A stretch of DNA of 57,521 nucleotides, the filler included, from Piptocephalis cylindrospora (lineage: Eukaryota), in assembly GCA_003614145.1 (NCBI GenBank). It is 4 parts of 4 records of this genome, joined end to end, with 100 filler letters (N's around TTAATTAATTAA, not from the genome) between each part and the next. Parts side by side here need not be neighbours in the genome. Positions count along the whole stretch, not along the records: positions 14,471 to 28,801 come from KZ987922.1; positions 28,902 to 43,229 come from KZ987923.1; 2 more parts are not named here. One strand, written 5' to 3'. The position numbers were made by a program, and so were the translations under genes. Of the stretch, positions 23,435-34,113 are shown in pieces (position 1 is the first letter of the stretch; every line of letters starts with the position of its first letter). The notes beneath the pieces are model-generated. The model saw only the letters and a program-made list of their open reading frames with translations, did no database searches and was not told where the DNA came from.

Positions 23435-24710
23435 TCAATCCCGAGTAAAGGAAGATATGGTCCAAGGATCCAGCGGATCCTGACACACAAGGCGCATGCC
23501 ATCGTACGCGGGTTGTACAGGACAAGGGGGGGAAGGAAGGAGGGAGAGGCGGTGCGATAGGGTAGCATGATCCCACTCATGGGTCAAGTCGGTGAAGAAG
23601 GCCAGTTCCTTTGGCTGGGCCTCGCGAACTGCCTCGACCGCTTGGTCGTACCCAAAATGGGAGGAGTATTTCGTTTCTAAGAGGGGATGCAGGAAATAGT
23701 CAGTCGATGCGGTTGCTGCTGCTGCTGCTGCCCCACATCCCTGCTAAACAGCGTCGCACATACCTTTTAGACAATCGACGACTCGGAGGTCCTATTCCTG
23801 TCTATCTAACAAATCAGACCTTGTCGGTGGTCCGTGGGGCTTTTCCCTACATCGTCGAACCGGAATCCTAGGCATAGAAAGGGACAGCCGTCCGCAAAGA
23901 CCCCATGTTCCACTGGATGAGGACAGGCTGGTGAGTTGAGGGATACGTCAAAAAGAGTGCCACAAACACGTACCCTCCAAAGGAAGAAATTCTAAGCCAA
24001 GGACATTAAAGGGCTTTCTAGGGTCAGAAAGCTCGTGGAACTGAAGGCGAGGAACTTCCCCGCCGCCAGTGGCTAGATTAGAATCGACGATGTAGGGAAA
24101 AGCCCCACGGACCACCGACAAGGTCTGATTTGTTAGATAGACAGGAATAGGACCTCCGAGTCGTCGATGACTAAAGGGGCGAAGGTCATCTAAGCCCATG
24201 ATAGCATCGGCATGACCGTGGGTGAGGATGACGGCGTGAATCTCCTGGATCCCGTATTTGGGGAACCAGTCCAAGGCACTTGCTATATAGGCAGGATCAG
24301 GGTCAGGGTGAAGGGGAGAATGAAGAGGACGGGAGGGTACATGCTTACCATAAAAGGTCTTGCCACAGTCAATCAAGATATTTCTGCAAGGTAGAAATTT
24401 AATGAGTTACTCAATGATCCATATAGACGGAACAATAGCAAACTGGGGTCACCTACCTAATCTTCCCATCGGGATGGGCATACCGGATGAGGAGGGAGGT
24501 GTTCCTTCGTAGGTTCTTCCTTCCTTCCGGGGTTAGACTAGAGTGGCAGACTCGACAGGCTGGACCGGTAGTGGAGGTAATACAGGTGATGTTGGGTACG
24601 CCTCCAGAAGTACCCGTGCCCAAAAACAACAGCTCCACCACCCTACCCTTGGTCTGAGAGGATGAAGTGGTGAGTGGAAGCGGCGGTTCGGGCAGAAGAG
24701 GAGCCGTCAT
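23435..24710 (-). CDS. Metallo-beta-lactamase-fold hydrolase (PhnP-like), multi-exon; as assembled, disrupted by an inverted insertion
   Basis: FLGTGTSGGVP..C..C..C, N.R.NTSLLI, LIDCGK.F, LTHGHADA..GLDDLR (HxHxD motif), VEHG..LGFRF, VVDCL, SHF..A, AYDG. An in-frame TAG arises within 23774-23858. Confidence 0.85.
23774..24168. repeat. Perfect 85-bp inverted repeat (arms 23774-23858 and 24084-24168, 225-bp spacer)
   Basis: Arms checked base by base; the + strand ORF 23611-23871 repeats the - strand peptide RRLGGPIPVYLTNQTLSVVRGAFPYIV. Confidence 0.95.
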
Positions 24711-25027
24711 AAGTTAGATGCGCGAGGAGGGAAGCAAGGTGTAGTTTTAATAATAAAAAAACAGACGGGAGAGGAGAGGAGAGGAGAGGAGAGGAGAGGA
24801 GAGGGAGAAAAGTGTGTGGGAGGTAAATGAGAGCCTCCTTTAAGTATGTGAAATGCCCACGGTATAAAGGGGAAGCAACAATCTAGGGCCATAGGGTATA
24901 TGCAGTGTAAGCATCTGTCACACAGGATACAGGGTGGCGTGTACATATGGACAAGCATACAGCTATGAGCAAGAGGATGATCAGATCCTGGTCGTGATGA
25001 CGAGTTTACTGGTAAATCTCCCTTTTT

Positions 25028-26417
25028 CTAAGAGAAAGAGGAAAGAAAGGCCTGGTAGGCATCATCCTGAATTCTACTCCATGTCACCCCGCTGATGGGA
25101 GGAGAAAGGTCTTCTCGGGACGGGGGAATGGATGGATCATCCCCCGAGGATGTAGCCTCTACCTTCTCATTCTGCGATAGTGCTGGAGGTTGCTTGGATC
25201 GATTGGACTTTGCTTCCTTTCTACCTGACTTGGCGGCAGCAGAGTTGGTCGACTGTAGTCTTAGGATACGACTAGGTATCTCGGGGACACTATTCTCCTC
25301 TCCCCTCCGATCCATCTCACCGGACTGAGGCATGGAGGGGATGGAGAGATAGTCCCGTACAAAATGAGTGTCGTTTCCCAATATAACTATTGGACAGGAG
25401 GGATGAGTGAGATCATTCACATCGGCAAGACGGCCCATCCAACTTACTTGGGGCACAAGTGGGAGGAGAGATGGCTTGATCTTCATGCATAGAAGCATGA
25501 CAGAACGGGCATGTCCTAAAGGACTCGGCCTCACATACACACCGGCCACATCCTCGACAATACGTTATGATACGATGGTAGCATCCTGAGAGGGAAAGTG
25601 ACAATGAGATGAAAGGAAAGGAAAATTATGGGCCAGTGACTTGACTACCAAAAGAAAGCCCCTACCTTGACACGAGCAAACACTAGCAGGCTCCTCTTGG
25701 GCGGATAGACGAGATGATCCGCCTTTTCCTTTTTCCTTCTTTTTCTTGTCCTCACTCCTTGCTTCTTTGGGTGGGTTATCCACCGGTCTAGGCGACCCAT
25801 CCTCTACATCCCGAGCTCTATCATCAGATTTGGTCATAGGAGCCTTGGCACCATCCCTATCATATTCAAGAATCCGGGTGAGTACATGCCTCTCTCCACT
25901 CCCATCACTCCGTTTCTTACCGCTTAGCTACATAATATATGCCCTCCTCTTCCTCCTCGGCTCTCTTTCTATATCCCCCAGAGACATTAGGCGTAGATGA
26001 AATGGGTACTACTCTGGATGAAGCGGTGGGGATAGGGGTGGAAGAGCGGGAAGATCCTTCCCGATCATTTCGTTTGCCCTGGGCGGCTCGTCGCTCCTTT
26101 TGGCTTGGTTTCTTCCTCCTCGTTTGCTCCTCCGCTTCTTCCCTTGGAGGAGGAGGGAACTTTCGTTGGATGATCCCACCAACAAACTCTAAAGCCTCCT
26201 CTGAATCACCAACAAGTCCCTAAGAGAGTGGATGAAGAACGGTGTAATCAGTAGGAATGTCAACGCCATCCTTTCGCTCAAGTGGCCGTACACAAAGATG
26301 CTCCTGGAGCTCCTCTGGACTCGATAGCCCCTCCAGGTAAGTGTATAAGGGGCTAACCTCCTCGACTGGCGCACCTAGAAACCTGGATAGACCTTGCAAG
26401 ACGTACTGTTTATCCAT
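25028..26417 (-). CDS. RQT4: Activating signal cointegrator 1 / Rqt4-like C2HC5 zinc-finger protein (multi-exon)
   Basis: N-terminal PWI-like helical segment (EELQEHLC|GLVGDSEEALEFV), spliced finger CSCQG|CYHRIITYCRGCGRCVCEAESFRTCPFCH, and C-terminal RIQDD. Confidence 0.75.
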
Positions 26418-26693
26418 AGAGATGATGAAGGGGATGGTGGTGTGAAAGAGATAATGTTTGTGCATTTCGCGGCATGTGAATCATCATTCATGCTCCCCTT
26501 TTGTGTTTACTATTCTTTAATGACAGGCCTGACTCACGATACCGTTACACACAGTCATGGCATGAATCAAGTATTCTAATCATAAATGAACAAATAATGA
26601 GAGCGTCAAAGCACAAAATCCATTCGCTTCTCCCTTTAATTCCTCAAAATGGTACACGTATGGATTCAACCTGTCTTACTAGCCATGAACATT

Positions 26694-27264
26694 TCATCGA
26701 GGCATCATCCTTCCGTAGGTTGGATCCCTTCGAGCCTAAATAAATAAAGTGTGAGTGAAAAGCTCATCAAATATATATGCTCTCCCCCGCACCATACCCG
26801 TCCTAGTACCACTTACCCTCCAAGCTTGAATCGATGGTCCAGCATAAATGGCCACAATCAGTCCCAGAATAATGAGGATATAGCTCTTGACGATAATTTC
26901 ATCCTTCCAAGAATCGCGTTCTAGCGCATGAAGAATATATCAGTGCGATTCCATCCTACAGGCCCCTAGTCCCTTTCCACTTACGGAAACACTCAACCAA
27001 CAGGTCCCCAGAGGATTCCTCGGGCCCTCCACATGATGTCCCCATCTTGGCCAGGCAAAACGCCCGGGTGCACATGCCACATGCATTCTCCTGATCCACC
27101 CCACTTTCTCCACCGGGACCATCCAAAGGGAAGATGGTCACGTTTGTACTACACATGCATTTACAAAACGATACGGGGTTGGCTGCTTGGCCCGAGGGGC
27201 TCAGGGAAAAGAAGAGAATCAAGAGGCATGGGAAGAGTAGGAGGAGAAAGTGCGGACGGGACAT
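26694..27264 (-). CDS. Conserved fungal small Cys-rich membrane protein (signal peptide, FCKC.C...C..C...FCL...CFQRDS.KD, one TM), 3 exons
   Basis: Spliced product MSRPHFLLLL..FCKCMCSTNVTIFPL..CGMCTRAFCL..VECF|QRDSWKDEIIVKSYILIILGLIVAIYAGPSIQAWR|ARRDPTYGRMMPR* using canonical GTAAGT..TAG introns. Confidence 0.75.
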
Positions 27265-27630
27265 TTTGGGAGGGAAGGGAGGGAGGGAGGGAGGGCGGGT
27301 GAATGAATTAAAGAGGATGTGAGAGGAGAAGAACGAAAGAAGAGCCCGCCTTCATACACCGCTCTACCCATACATACTCACGCGGCCCGCTCCCTACACG
27401 AATATCTCAATCCACGTCCATCACACAACATTATGTAGTCCTAACAAGTGCCCATGAGGCGCATTTCCACCAGAGGTAATGACCATTTTTCAACAACATC
27501 CATCATGTAAAACAATACTCATTCATTCCATCAACATCACATTGCAACAACTTCAGCAATAAGAAAGAAAAAGCACAAATATTACCCCATCCCCTCTCCT
27601 CTCGTATATTCCAAAGCAAGATGATATGCA

Positions 27631-28801
27631 TCAAATCTGAACGCCGGTCGAGGACCCAACGGGCCTTTCCCCAGCATGAACCGAATCGGATGATCCGGAT
27701 CGACCATTCATCCTCAAAGGCCGAAGCTCCACTTCCTCCCCGGGTGAGTCCTTGGGGAAGGATGGTCTCCTCACTCCCTCGCCATTCCCATTAGCCCGTC
27801 GCTCCGAGGACCCAGAGGAAGAATTGGAAGATTCGTCCACTTCATACACTTGAGCCTGGTAAATGCGTCGATCATCCAAATGGTACTTTTGCCTCTCGCG
27901 CACCACGTCCAGATCATTAGGCCATAACCACTGCTTGAGCGACATGACCACGAACCGGGGTCCCAAGACGACAATGAGCGCAAGGGCCACTCCAAACCAA
28001 AAGGACGGCTGGGTATAGATGACCTCAGCTACCCCGTGCAGCGTACCGCGGGGATAGACCTTCCAGGGGACGAGGTAGAGGAGGGCGATGGCAACCTCAA
28101 GCCAGATGAAAAAGTGCATGAACCAGTTCCACGAGTAGGTGTTCATCCCCACCCAGAAGGTGGCACATATAATCACTGCTGTGACCACCGAGGACGACAG
28201 ACCCACTCCGGCCTCAGCTGGACCCCCGCCCCCTATACCGACCCCGAGGATTCCACTACCTGTGTGGGTCCCAAGGAAGATGAAGAAGCACAGAGCCGCA
28301 TCGATCACAGCCTCCACGATGTAAAGCCAGAACCTTCGCATATTGTATCTCTCTTGTCGAATCCCAATACCATAGAGTCCGGGGTAAAGAAGAGCATACT
28401 CGGCGGACACGGCCTGGTCCGTGCATCCGAGGATGACGACAGGCGCAACGGTGAAGACAAGATTGTAGAGGGAAACGTAGGTGTAGTCGTAGAAGAGGTT
28501 GGCGGAGAATCCACAGAAGATTTGGTAGTAAAAGACGGTAAGGGCGTAAAAGACATTCTTCCAAAAGAAATTCAGAATCATCTCGGCCACCCGCAGGTAG
28601 GACCACTGGCCATGGACCAGGAGGAGGGGCTTGAGGAAGCGGAACTGACCAATGGTGTAATCCGAGGCCATAGCCGCCTGAAGTCCCTCCTCACCAGTGA
28701 TAGCGACACCCACATCGGCCTCCTGGAGCATGGAAACATCGTTAGCCCCATCCCCGATGGAGAGACAGACGGATCGATGGCCTCGTCGGATCAGATGGAC
28801 C
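27631..28801 (-). CDS. P4-type ATPase phospholipid flippase (Dnf/Drs2 family), C-terminal part; 5' end truncated by contig end
   Basis: IGDGANDVSMLQEADVGVAITGEEGLQAAMASDYTIGQFRFLKPLLLVHGQWSYLR..FFWKN, then C-terminal TM helices. Confidence 0.93.
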
Positions 28802-28901
28802 NNNNNNNNNNNNNNNNNNNNNNNNNNNNNNNNNNNNNNNNNNNNTTAATTAATTAANNNNNNNNNNNNNNNNNNNNNNNNNNNNNNNNNNNNNNNNNNN
28901 N
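28802..28901. other. Artificial contig spacer N44-TTAATTAATTAA-N44
   Basis: Same 100-nt spacer. Confidence 0.97.
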
Positions 28902-29040
28902 CACGATGGAATTAGAAGGGCTTGAAATTTGGTCTTGAAAATCTTAATCAGGGCTTGGCTTTCTTTATCTTGAGAAATCTTGGATCGGTAAAATGAGACG
29001 AGGATGCGCCCTTAGCTGGAATTCAATTCTTATCGAGGGA

Positions 29041-29360
29041 TATCTTAATCAGGAGAGGGTTCTCGAGGAAGGAAGAGAGGGAAAACCAGAAATAAATGGG
29101 ATGCGTATTTGAGACTAATGCGAAAATGGATCGAATTTCCAGCTACCTATACCTCTTCTTCATTAAAGGGAGGCTCATAGAAGAGAGTATTGGGGGAGAG
29201 GGGGAGGAGGGGGGTAACGGTAAAAGAAGAAGGGCTTTGTGAAGAAGACAAGGGGATTCAAAGGGTGGGGGCTTGGAGTACTTGAACATGGATCGGGCTG
29301 AGGTTCCCATGAAGGATAAAGATAAGATTACAGGTGGTTCAAGGGTATCCATATTCCTTT
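29041..29360 (-). repeat. Degenerate dispersed repeat / gene-family relic, copy B (near start of contig 3)
   Basis: Homologous to 14130-14370 in the opposite orientation; contains stops and frameshifts. Confidence 0.7.
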
Positions 29361-30054
29361 AGTGCATGGCTGAGGGAGGGACGAGGTCATTATAGCACTC
29401 CTTTGCGCATAGTAGGCGCTATCCAACAATATCCTTACCTTCTCAATTTCTCGGGTGAGCATAATTGGGGTTCTCTTGCAGCGTTCAGCGTTGAGTATGA
29501 GCATTACCAGGGCGTAATGCCTAGCAGGATGACTAAATCGGCTTGATCATTGAAGCTCATAGAACCGCTACCCTAGAAAAGCCTCAGTGAATGAATGATA
29601 CTTTGGGTTACTCCGATAATATGGGATTGGTTGGCATTTCAATTATAGGACACATGTTTACGACTCCGCCAGAAGAAGCGAGTAACTCCGAAACATCTTG
29701 ATAAGCTTATTTTTACCTTTTACCAAACGCCCAAGACTTGGAGGAGATCAAAAGCTCCCCGTTAGTACAAAGGCAGCCCACAGGGACGAGGGAAGAAGAG
29801 CGAATATATACCTCATCCCCTCACATCAGACGTTCTCTTCGGTCCTATCCCACTCACTTTCCTTGCAATTAACTCTGGTCTTTCCAACTTGACGTTCCCC
29901 TTCACCGTTGATATCCTTTTCTTCAGCAGCAACGATCCTCTCTTCTCCTCTCTCCTCCTCTCCCTTCCCTTTTTCTTCAACAGTAACGATCTTGTCCTCC
30001 TCTTTCTTCTTCAGCAGCAATACTTCTCTGCTCTTCTAGCCCTATCTCACTGTC

Positions 30055-32397
30055 ATGTCCTCTCCTGGCCATCACTACTCCAACCTTTCTCCTCGGGGTT
30101 CTACATCCATTTCTCAGAGATCTTCTAACTTTCCAGTTCTCCTTTCCTCGTTATCCTTCCCCTTATTCCCCTATGACCCAACGAAAAAAGCCGAGCTCCA
30201 GAAGAAGCTTAGTCCCATTCATGAAATTTACAGAGGGCTTATTCTGCTACTTGGCATCCAGATTGGTTCGCATCCCGAATCCCACGCTACTTCTGCTTCC
30301 CATGCGTTAGAGTCAGGCCACGTCCCTGATTTTGTCGATTCCAAATCGGAGCGTCTCTGGCTGGATGTGGCGGTGGGACAGTACAGAGAGCTAGCCAAAA
30401 AGCCCTGTAAGATGCTTCCCACCCACCGCTTAAGCATCAGTCTTCTAATACGGTCCCCCGGGTCTCTTGTCGATGCATATTGCTCAGTCATGACGCGCCG
30501 CTTTGGAAGTACGTCCTATGTTGATGTCGTAAAAGCCTTCCACAAGAAAATCAAGCTTTTCAGGTTCCTCCCTGAGCTTTATGATACGGATAAGGAGTTC
30601 AGTAGCATAAGCGTAGCGGTTTACGGAATGCTTCTCCACTCAGGACAAATTTCCCCTGATCCTACCCAAAAGAAGGAAGTTAACCCAGAACTACTCCAGC
30701 AATATTTGAAAACAGTTCTGAATCTTTTGGCTCTTGAGCGCTTTTACATGAAAACACCCTACGAAGACCCTTTGCTCGAAACTTTCATCTCCAGCCTTCA
30801 CAAGGCCATGAACGCGTTTTTCGGCAATCAACAGGCATCCGCGAGCTCTGTAGTCCACTATGCTGATGAAGCAGAGGATTTGATGCTCCGCAGGCTGTAC
30901 ATCATCAAGAAAGCCTGGAAATCATCTCCTAGTCAGAGCCTCGGTTCCACGTCTACCTCTGCATCTACTGACCAGCCCCAAAATTGGTCTACCACTGTGT
31001 TTGGTAATCTAGATGAGCTTTCTCTCACTCCTGCAGAGAAGAAACAAAAGGTCCTGGATGAGGAAGTAAGGCGGTTTCATCAAAGGAAGGGTGATTCACT
31101 GAGTCAGTGGAAGGAAGATATACGGAACGATCCATATAGTCTCTCGAACCCTTTGTTCAGGCATGCTGCTGGTGACCCATCCTCCTCCTCTGGCTTTTCT
31201 TCCTCCGGATCCTCTGATAGGTTGGGTTCTAGGTACTATAGATCCAGAGATCGTCCCGATACATCCAACTTGAACCTAGCGTCTAAACCCACTGATGTCG
31301 ATCCCTTCAAGCCTACTCAAACCGACCTCTCCTCTTCCAGGAGTTTGAACAATGAGTTGACGGTAACAGAACCTGGGTCGGCCTTGAGGAACTTTGGGAG
31401 AACTTTCGAGTCTGACCCTACTGATCCAAGGTCCAAGGCTGAAATAAGTCATTTCTTGCTGGATATTTGCCTCAACTTAAAGCGCTCCATGGCCCATATG
31501 CTCAAGGAGCGTGGATGGTTTGGACGATTTGTTCGAGGGCAAAAGGGTGGCCGAAGGACCAGAAAGGCGCTATACTTTACCTTCTGTGGAAAGGACGGAG
31601 CCCACCCGTATGAATGGACCAAGGTCAGCGATACTCGTTATTGGCGCTACATTGGTGATAAAACTGGCATCATTGATGACCAAGAGTCTGTGAAGGACAT
31701 TATGGATGATCATTTGGAGGAGTGGATCTACAAGGTAAAGCTTCTTCAACTCGTTCGATATCTCTGGCCCGTCCTGGAGAGACTCCCTCAATCCAGGGGT
31801 CCGTGGAGCGGTCTCAAGGACACTGTCTCCAAAAAGGTTCTCACATTAGTTAGCGCCATCCACATCCAATCCGAGTTCTATGACCTTTCTCACGCCAAAG
31901 CCCGTTATTCTCAAGCAATGTACAAGGACATGGTTCGCAGCGTTTCCGACAAACACTTTCTTCTTTCGGGCGAGAAAGCTGAAGTGAATGCCATGGGGTA
32001 TCTCTATGAGGCGGATGGCAAGATCAGAAAGGACGATGCCGGGGAGAAGGCTGAAAAGGCTGCGATTCAATCTTACCGTGGGAAGGTTCGCATGCTGATG
32101 ACCCGCCTTCATCGGTTCGGCAAAGGTTGGACTGAGGCTGGTAGGAAGCGTGCATGGACTAGTTGGTGCAAGAAGAAGGCTGGCGAAGTCCTTGCTCAGG
32201 CTCTCCGATGGATCAAGGGTCCTCAAGGGGCGCCTACGCGGGAGAAGACATTAAAGAAGTATGCCCAGTATGCCGTATCCCTCAAGGCGTATCTCATTGA
32301 AGCTTATGAGGATGGACCCGTTGACATTTCCACCAAAGATCTTGACCCCCAATCTATTAAAGAGAAAGTTGAATTGTCTCAGAGGCTGAGGGCGTAA
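30055..32397 (+). CDS. Hypothetical 780-aa intronless protein, no recognisable family
   Basis: Uninterrupted 2.3-kb ORF with protein-like composition: two helical-looking regions separated by an S/P/D-rich linker. An in-frame stop lies just upstream of the ATG. Confidence 0.8.
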   Translation: MSSPGHHYSNLSPRGSTSISQRSSNFPVLLSSLSFPLFPYDPTKKAELQKKLSPIHEIYRGLILLLGIQIGSHPESHATSASHALESGHVPDFVDSKSERLWLDVAVGQYRELAKKPCKMLPTHRLSISLLIRSPGSLVDAYCSVMTRRFGSTSYVDVVKAFHKKIKLFRFLPELYDTDKEFSSISVAVYGMLLHSGQISPDPTQKKEVNPELLQQYLKTVLNLLALERFYMKTPYEDPLLETFISSLHKAMNAFFGNQQASASSVVHYADEAEDLMLRRLYIIKKAWKSSPSQSLGSTSTSASTDQPQNWSTTVFGNLDELSLTPAEKKQKVLDEEVRRFHQRKGDSLSQWKEDIRNDPYSLSNPLFRHAAGDPSSSSGFSSSGSSDRLGSRYYRSRDRPDTSNLNLASKPTDVDPFKPTQTDLSSSRSLNNELTVTEPGSALRNFGRTFESDPTDPRSKAEISHFLLDICLNLKRSMAHMLKERGWFGRFVRGQKGGRRTRKALYFTFCGKDGAHPYEWTKVSDTRYWRYIGDKTGIIDDQESVKDIMDDHLEEWIYKVKLLQLVRYLWPVLERLPQSRGPWSGLKDTVSKKVLTLVSAIHIQSEFYDLSHAKARYSQAMYKDMVRSVSDKHFLLSGEKAEVNAMGYLYEADGKIRKDDAGEKAEKAAIQSYRGKVRMLMTRLHRFGKGWTEAGRKRAWTSWCKKKAGEVLAQALRWIKGPQGAPTREKTLKKYAQYAVSLKAYLIEAYEDGPVDISTKDLDPQSIKEKVELSQRLRA

Positions 32398-33732
32398 GGA
32401 GGATGCTTCATTCACTTTTTCTCATGGAAGAATGGGGTTTTTAATACCACTCAGGATTTGTCTCCTTTTCTTGTCTCGATATACATTTCTTTCATGAGCA
32501 TTTACCTCTCTCTCCCTCTTAGCATCCCTGGTCTGTTCAATAAGTATTGATACCTGCTGCAAGCCACCCACATCTCTGTCTGTGTGCACGGGAGAGAGGG
32601 AGAGAGGAAGATCAGGCACATTCGTCAAGGATTCACGCTTCCTTGAGAAGACTGGGGATTAATGATGTGATGTATAATATCAAAATTTTGACGGAGAGCA
32701 AGAAGAGCGGTGATACAGTGAACTTTGGATGTTTTCTTTTGTCTTTGATCTTCCAATCTCCAATCTTCCTAGCTGCTTTTACTACGCTCAAGTCATTCAA
32801 AACTTCCTTGCAAAGACGCATACACACATGCCTGCACATCTTCATATCCTCCAGAAGGCATCGCTCCTCCGATGTGCAAGCGGTAATTCTCTGACAGTGT
32901 ACATCAAAGTCCTGACCAGTGTTCACCGGCTACTCCGAGTGAATGCCGCCTAATAACTATCTCTCGGTATATTCCTCAGCCAACCTGAACTACGGACTAT
33001 TCAGCTATGGAAAGCAGAGACGGTATGATGTGGATCACATTTTAAAAGAGTAAATGGGTCGAATGAACAGAAGAGGTCTTGGGGTAAGACAAGTACTGTT
33101 AGTTCCATTGGAGTGCGGTGGAAACCGTTGGAAAACAGGAGAGGATGAAACGCAGTGTAGATATTCAGTGTGGTCATCTACCTCCTTACCAAGACTTTAA
33201 AATGAGGCAGAAAACTAATATATCGATATAATAATGGTCTATGGTCTCAGCTATGGTTAGTGTAACGTGGTCAGTAGGAGACTTGACAGGCGCTAGGCTG
33301 TCACCGCTGAGAATATCTCGTATGGGAGCCCTGAATAAGAAGTAAATGTGAAACAATGTGCTATGGCAGCCCTTAAATCGGAGAAAGGTAGAGTGGAGAT
33401 TGCCTCTTGACCTTCTTCTCAATCATTCTCCTTGAACTGATCCTTTAGGGGCTCCACTTCTGTCCCTCTGGCTCCTTAAGTGCGAGAACAGCATCATTTA
33501 CCAACCATCTCTCCTCAATCTCTATCCTTCAAAGATGCGATCCCCTAAACCCACTATGCCTCTTCCCTATCGCAAAAGGCTTAAATAAAGGCCGGGCCGA
33601 AGCCACCCTTTTTCCCATCCCATTCTGCTCATCCTCCAACTCATCCAAACCTATCCTCCTTCCATCTTCTTCCCCTTTCCAAAGAGCCTCGGTCTCTTCT
33701 CCGTCATTTCTTTTCCCCACCTCATCTTCATC

Positions 33733-34113
33733 ATGAAACTCACATCCATCCTACTCATCTCTGCCATGCTGGCTATGACACTCACTGTTGCTTCTTCTCC
33801 TACCCCTACTAAAGACGATTATCCGACGACAGCGGCTGTGAATAGTGATTTCCATCATCCTCCCAATTACTATAATGAAAATGGCGTGCCTCGTGAAGGG
33901 CCTGGCAGACAAGAAATACTCGAGAGCCTAGAGAATACTGTTGACGGTGACGGCCGCGATCCCTGTCACGTTGGTCCGTCCGTTCTATACGATCTTCAAT
34001 GCTGGAAAGGCTACAAGTGCAAAGCCACGAAGGTTGTTTTTGATTCAGCTGGCGCTCGAGTGTACGACTTTTATGGAACCTGCGTCAGGAAGATCGATGA
34101 GACCAAAAATTGA
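33733..34113 (+). CDS. Small secreted cysteine-containing protein (126 aa)
   Basis: Typical signal peptide MKLTSILLISAMLAMTLTVAS-SP; 4 Cys in the C-terminal 50 aa; TAAATAAA about 150 bp upstream and a pyrimidine-rich leader; start context ATCATG. Confidence 0.8.
   Translation: MKLTSILLISAMLAMTLTVASSPTPTKDDYPTTAAVNSDFHHPPNYYNENGVPREGPGRQEILESLENTVDGDGRDPCHVGPSVLYDLQCWKGYKCKATKVVFDSAGARVYDFYGTCVRKIDETKN

Noticed and set aside
25855..25920. Peptide RILEYDR resembling the TRIP4 LLxYD motif
   Set aside because: Lies inside a canonical GTAAGA..TAG intron and upstream of the zinc finger; coincidental.
32422..33450. Several short ORFs between the orphan and the secreted protein
   Set aside because: Non-ATG or weak starts, no motifs, multiple stops; cannot support a gene or pseudogene call.
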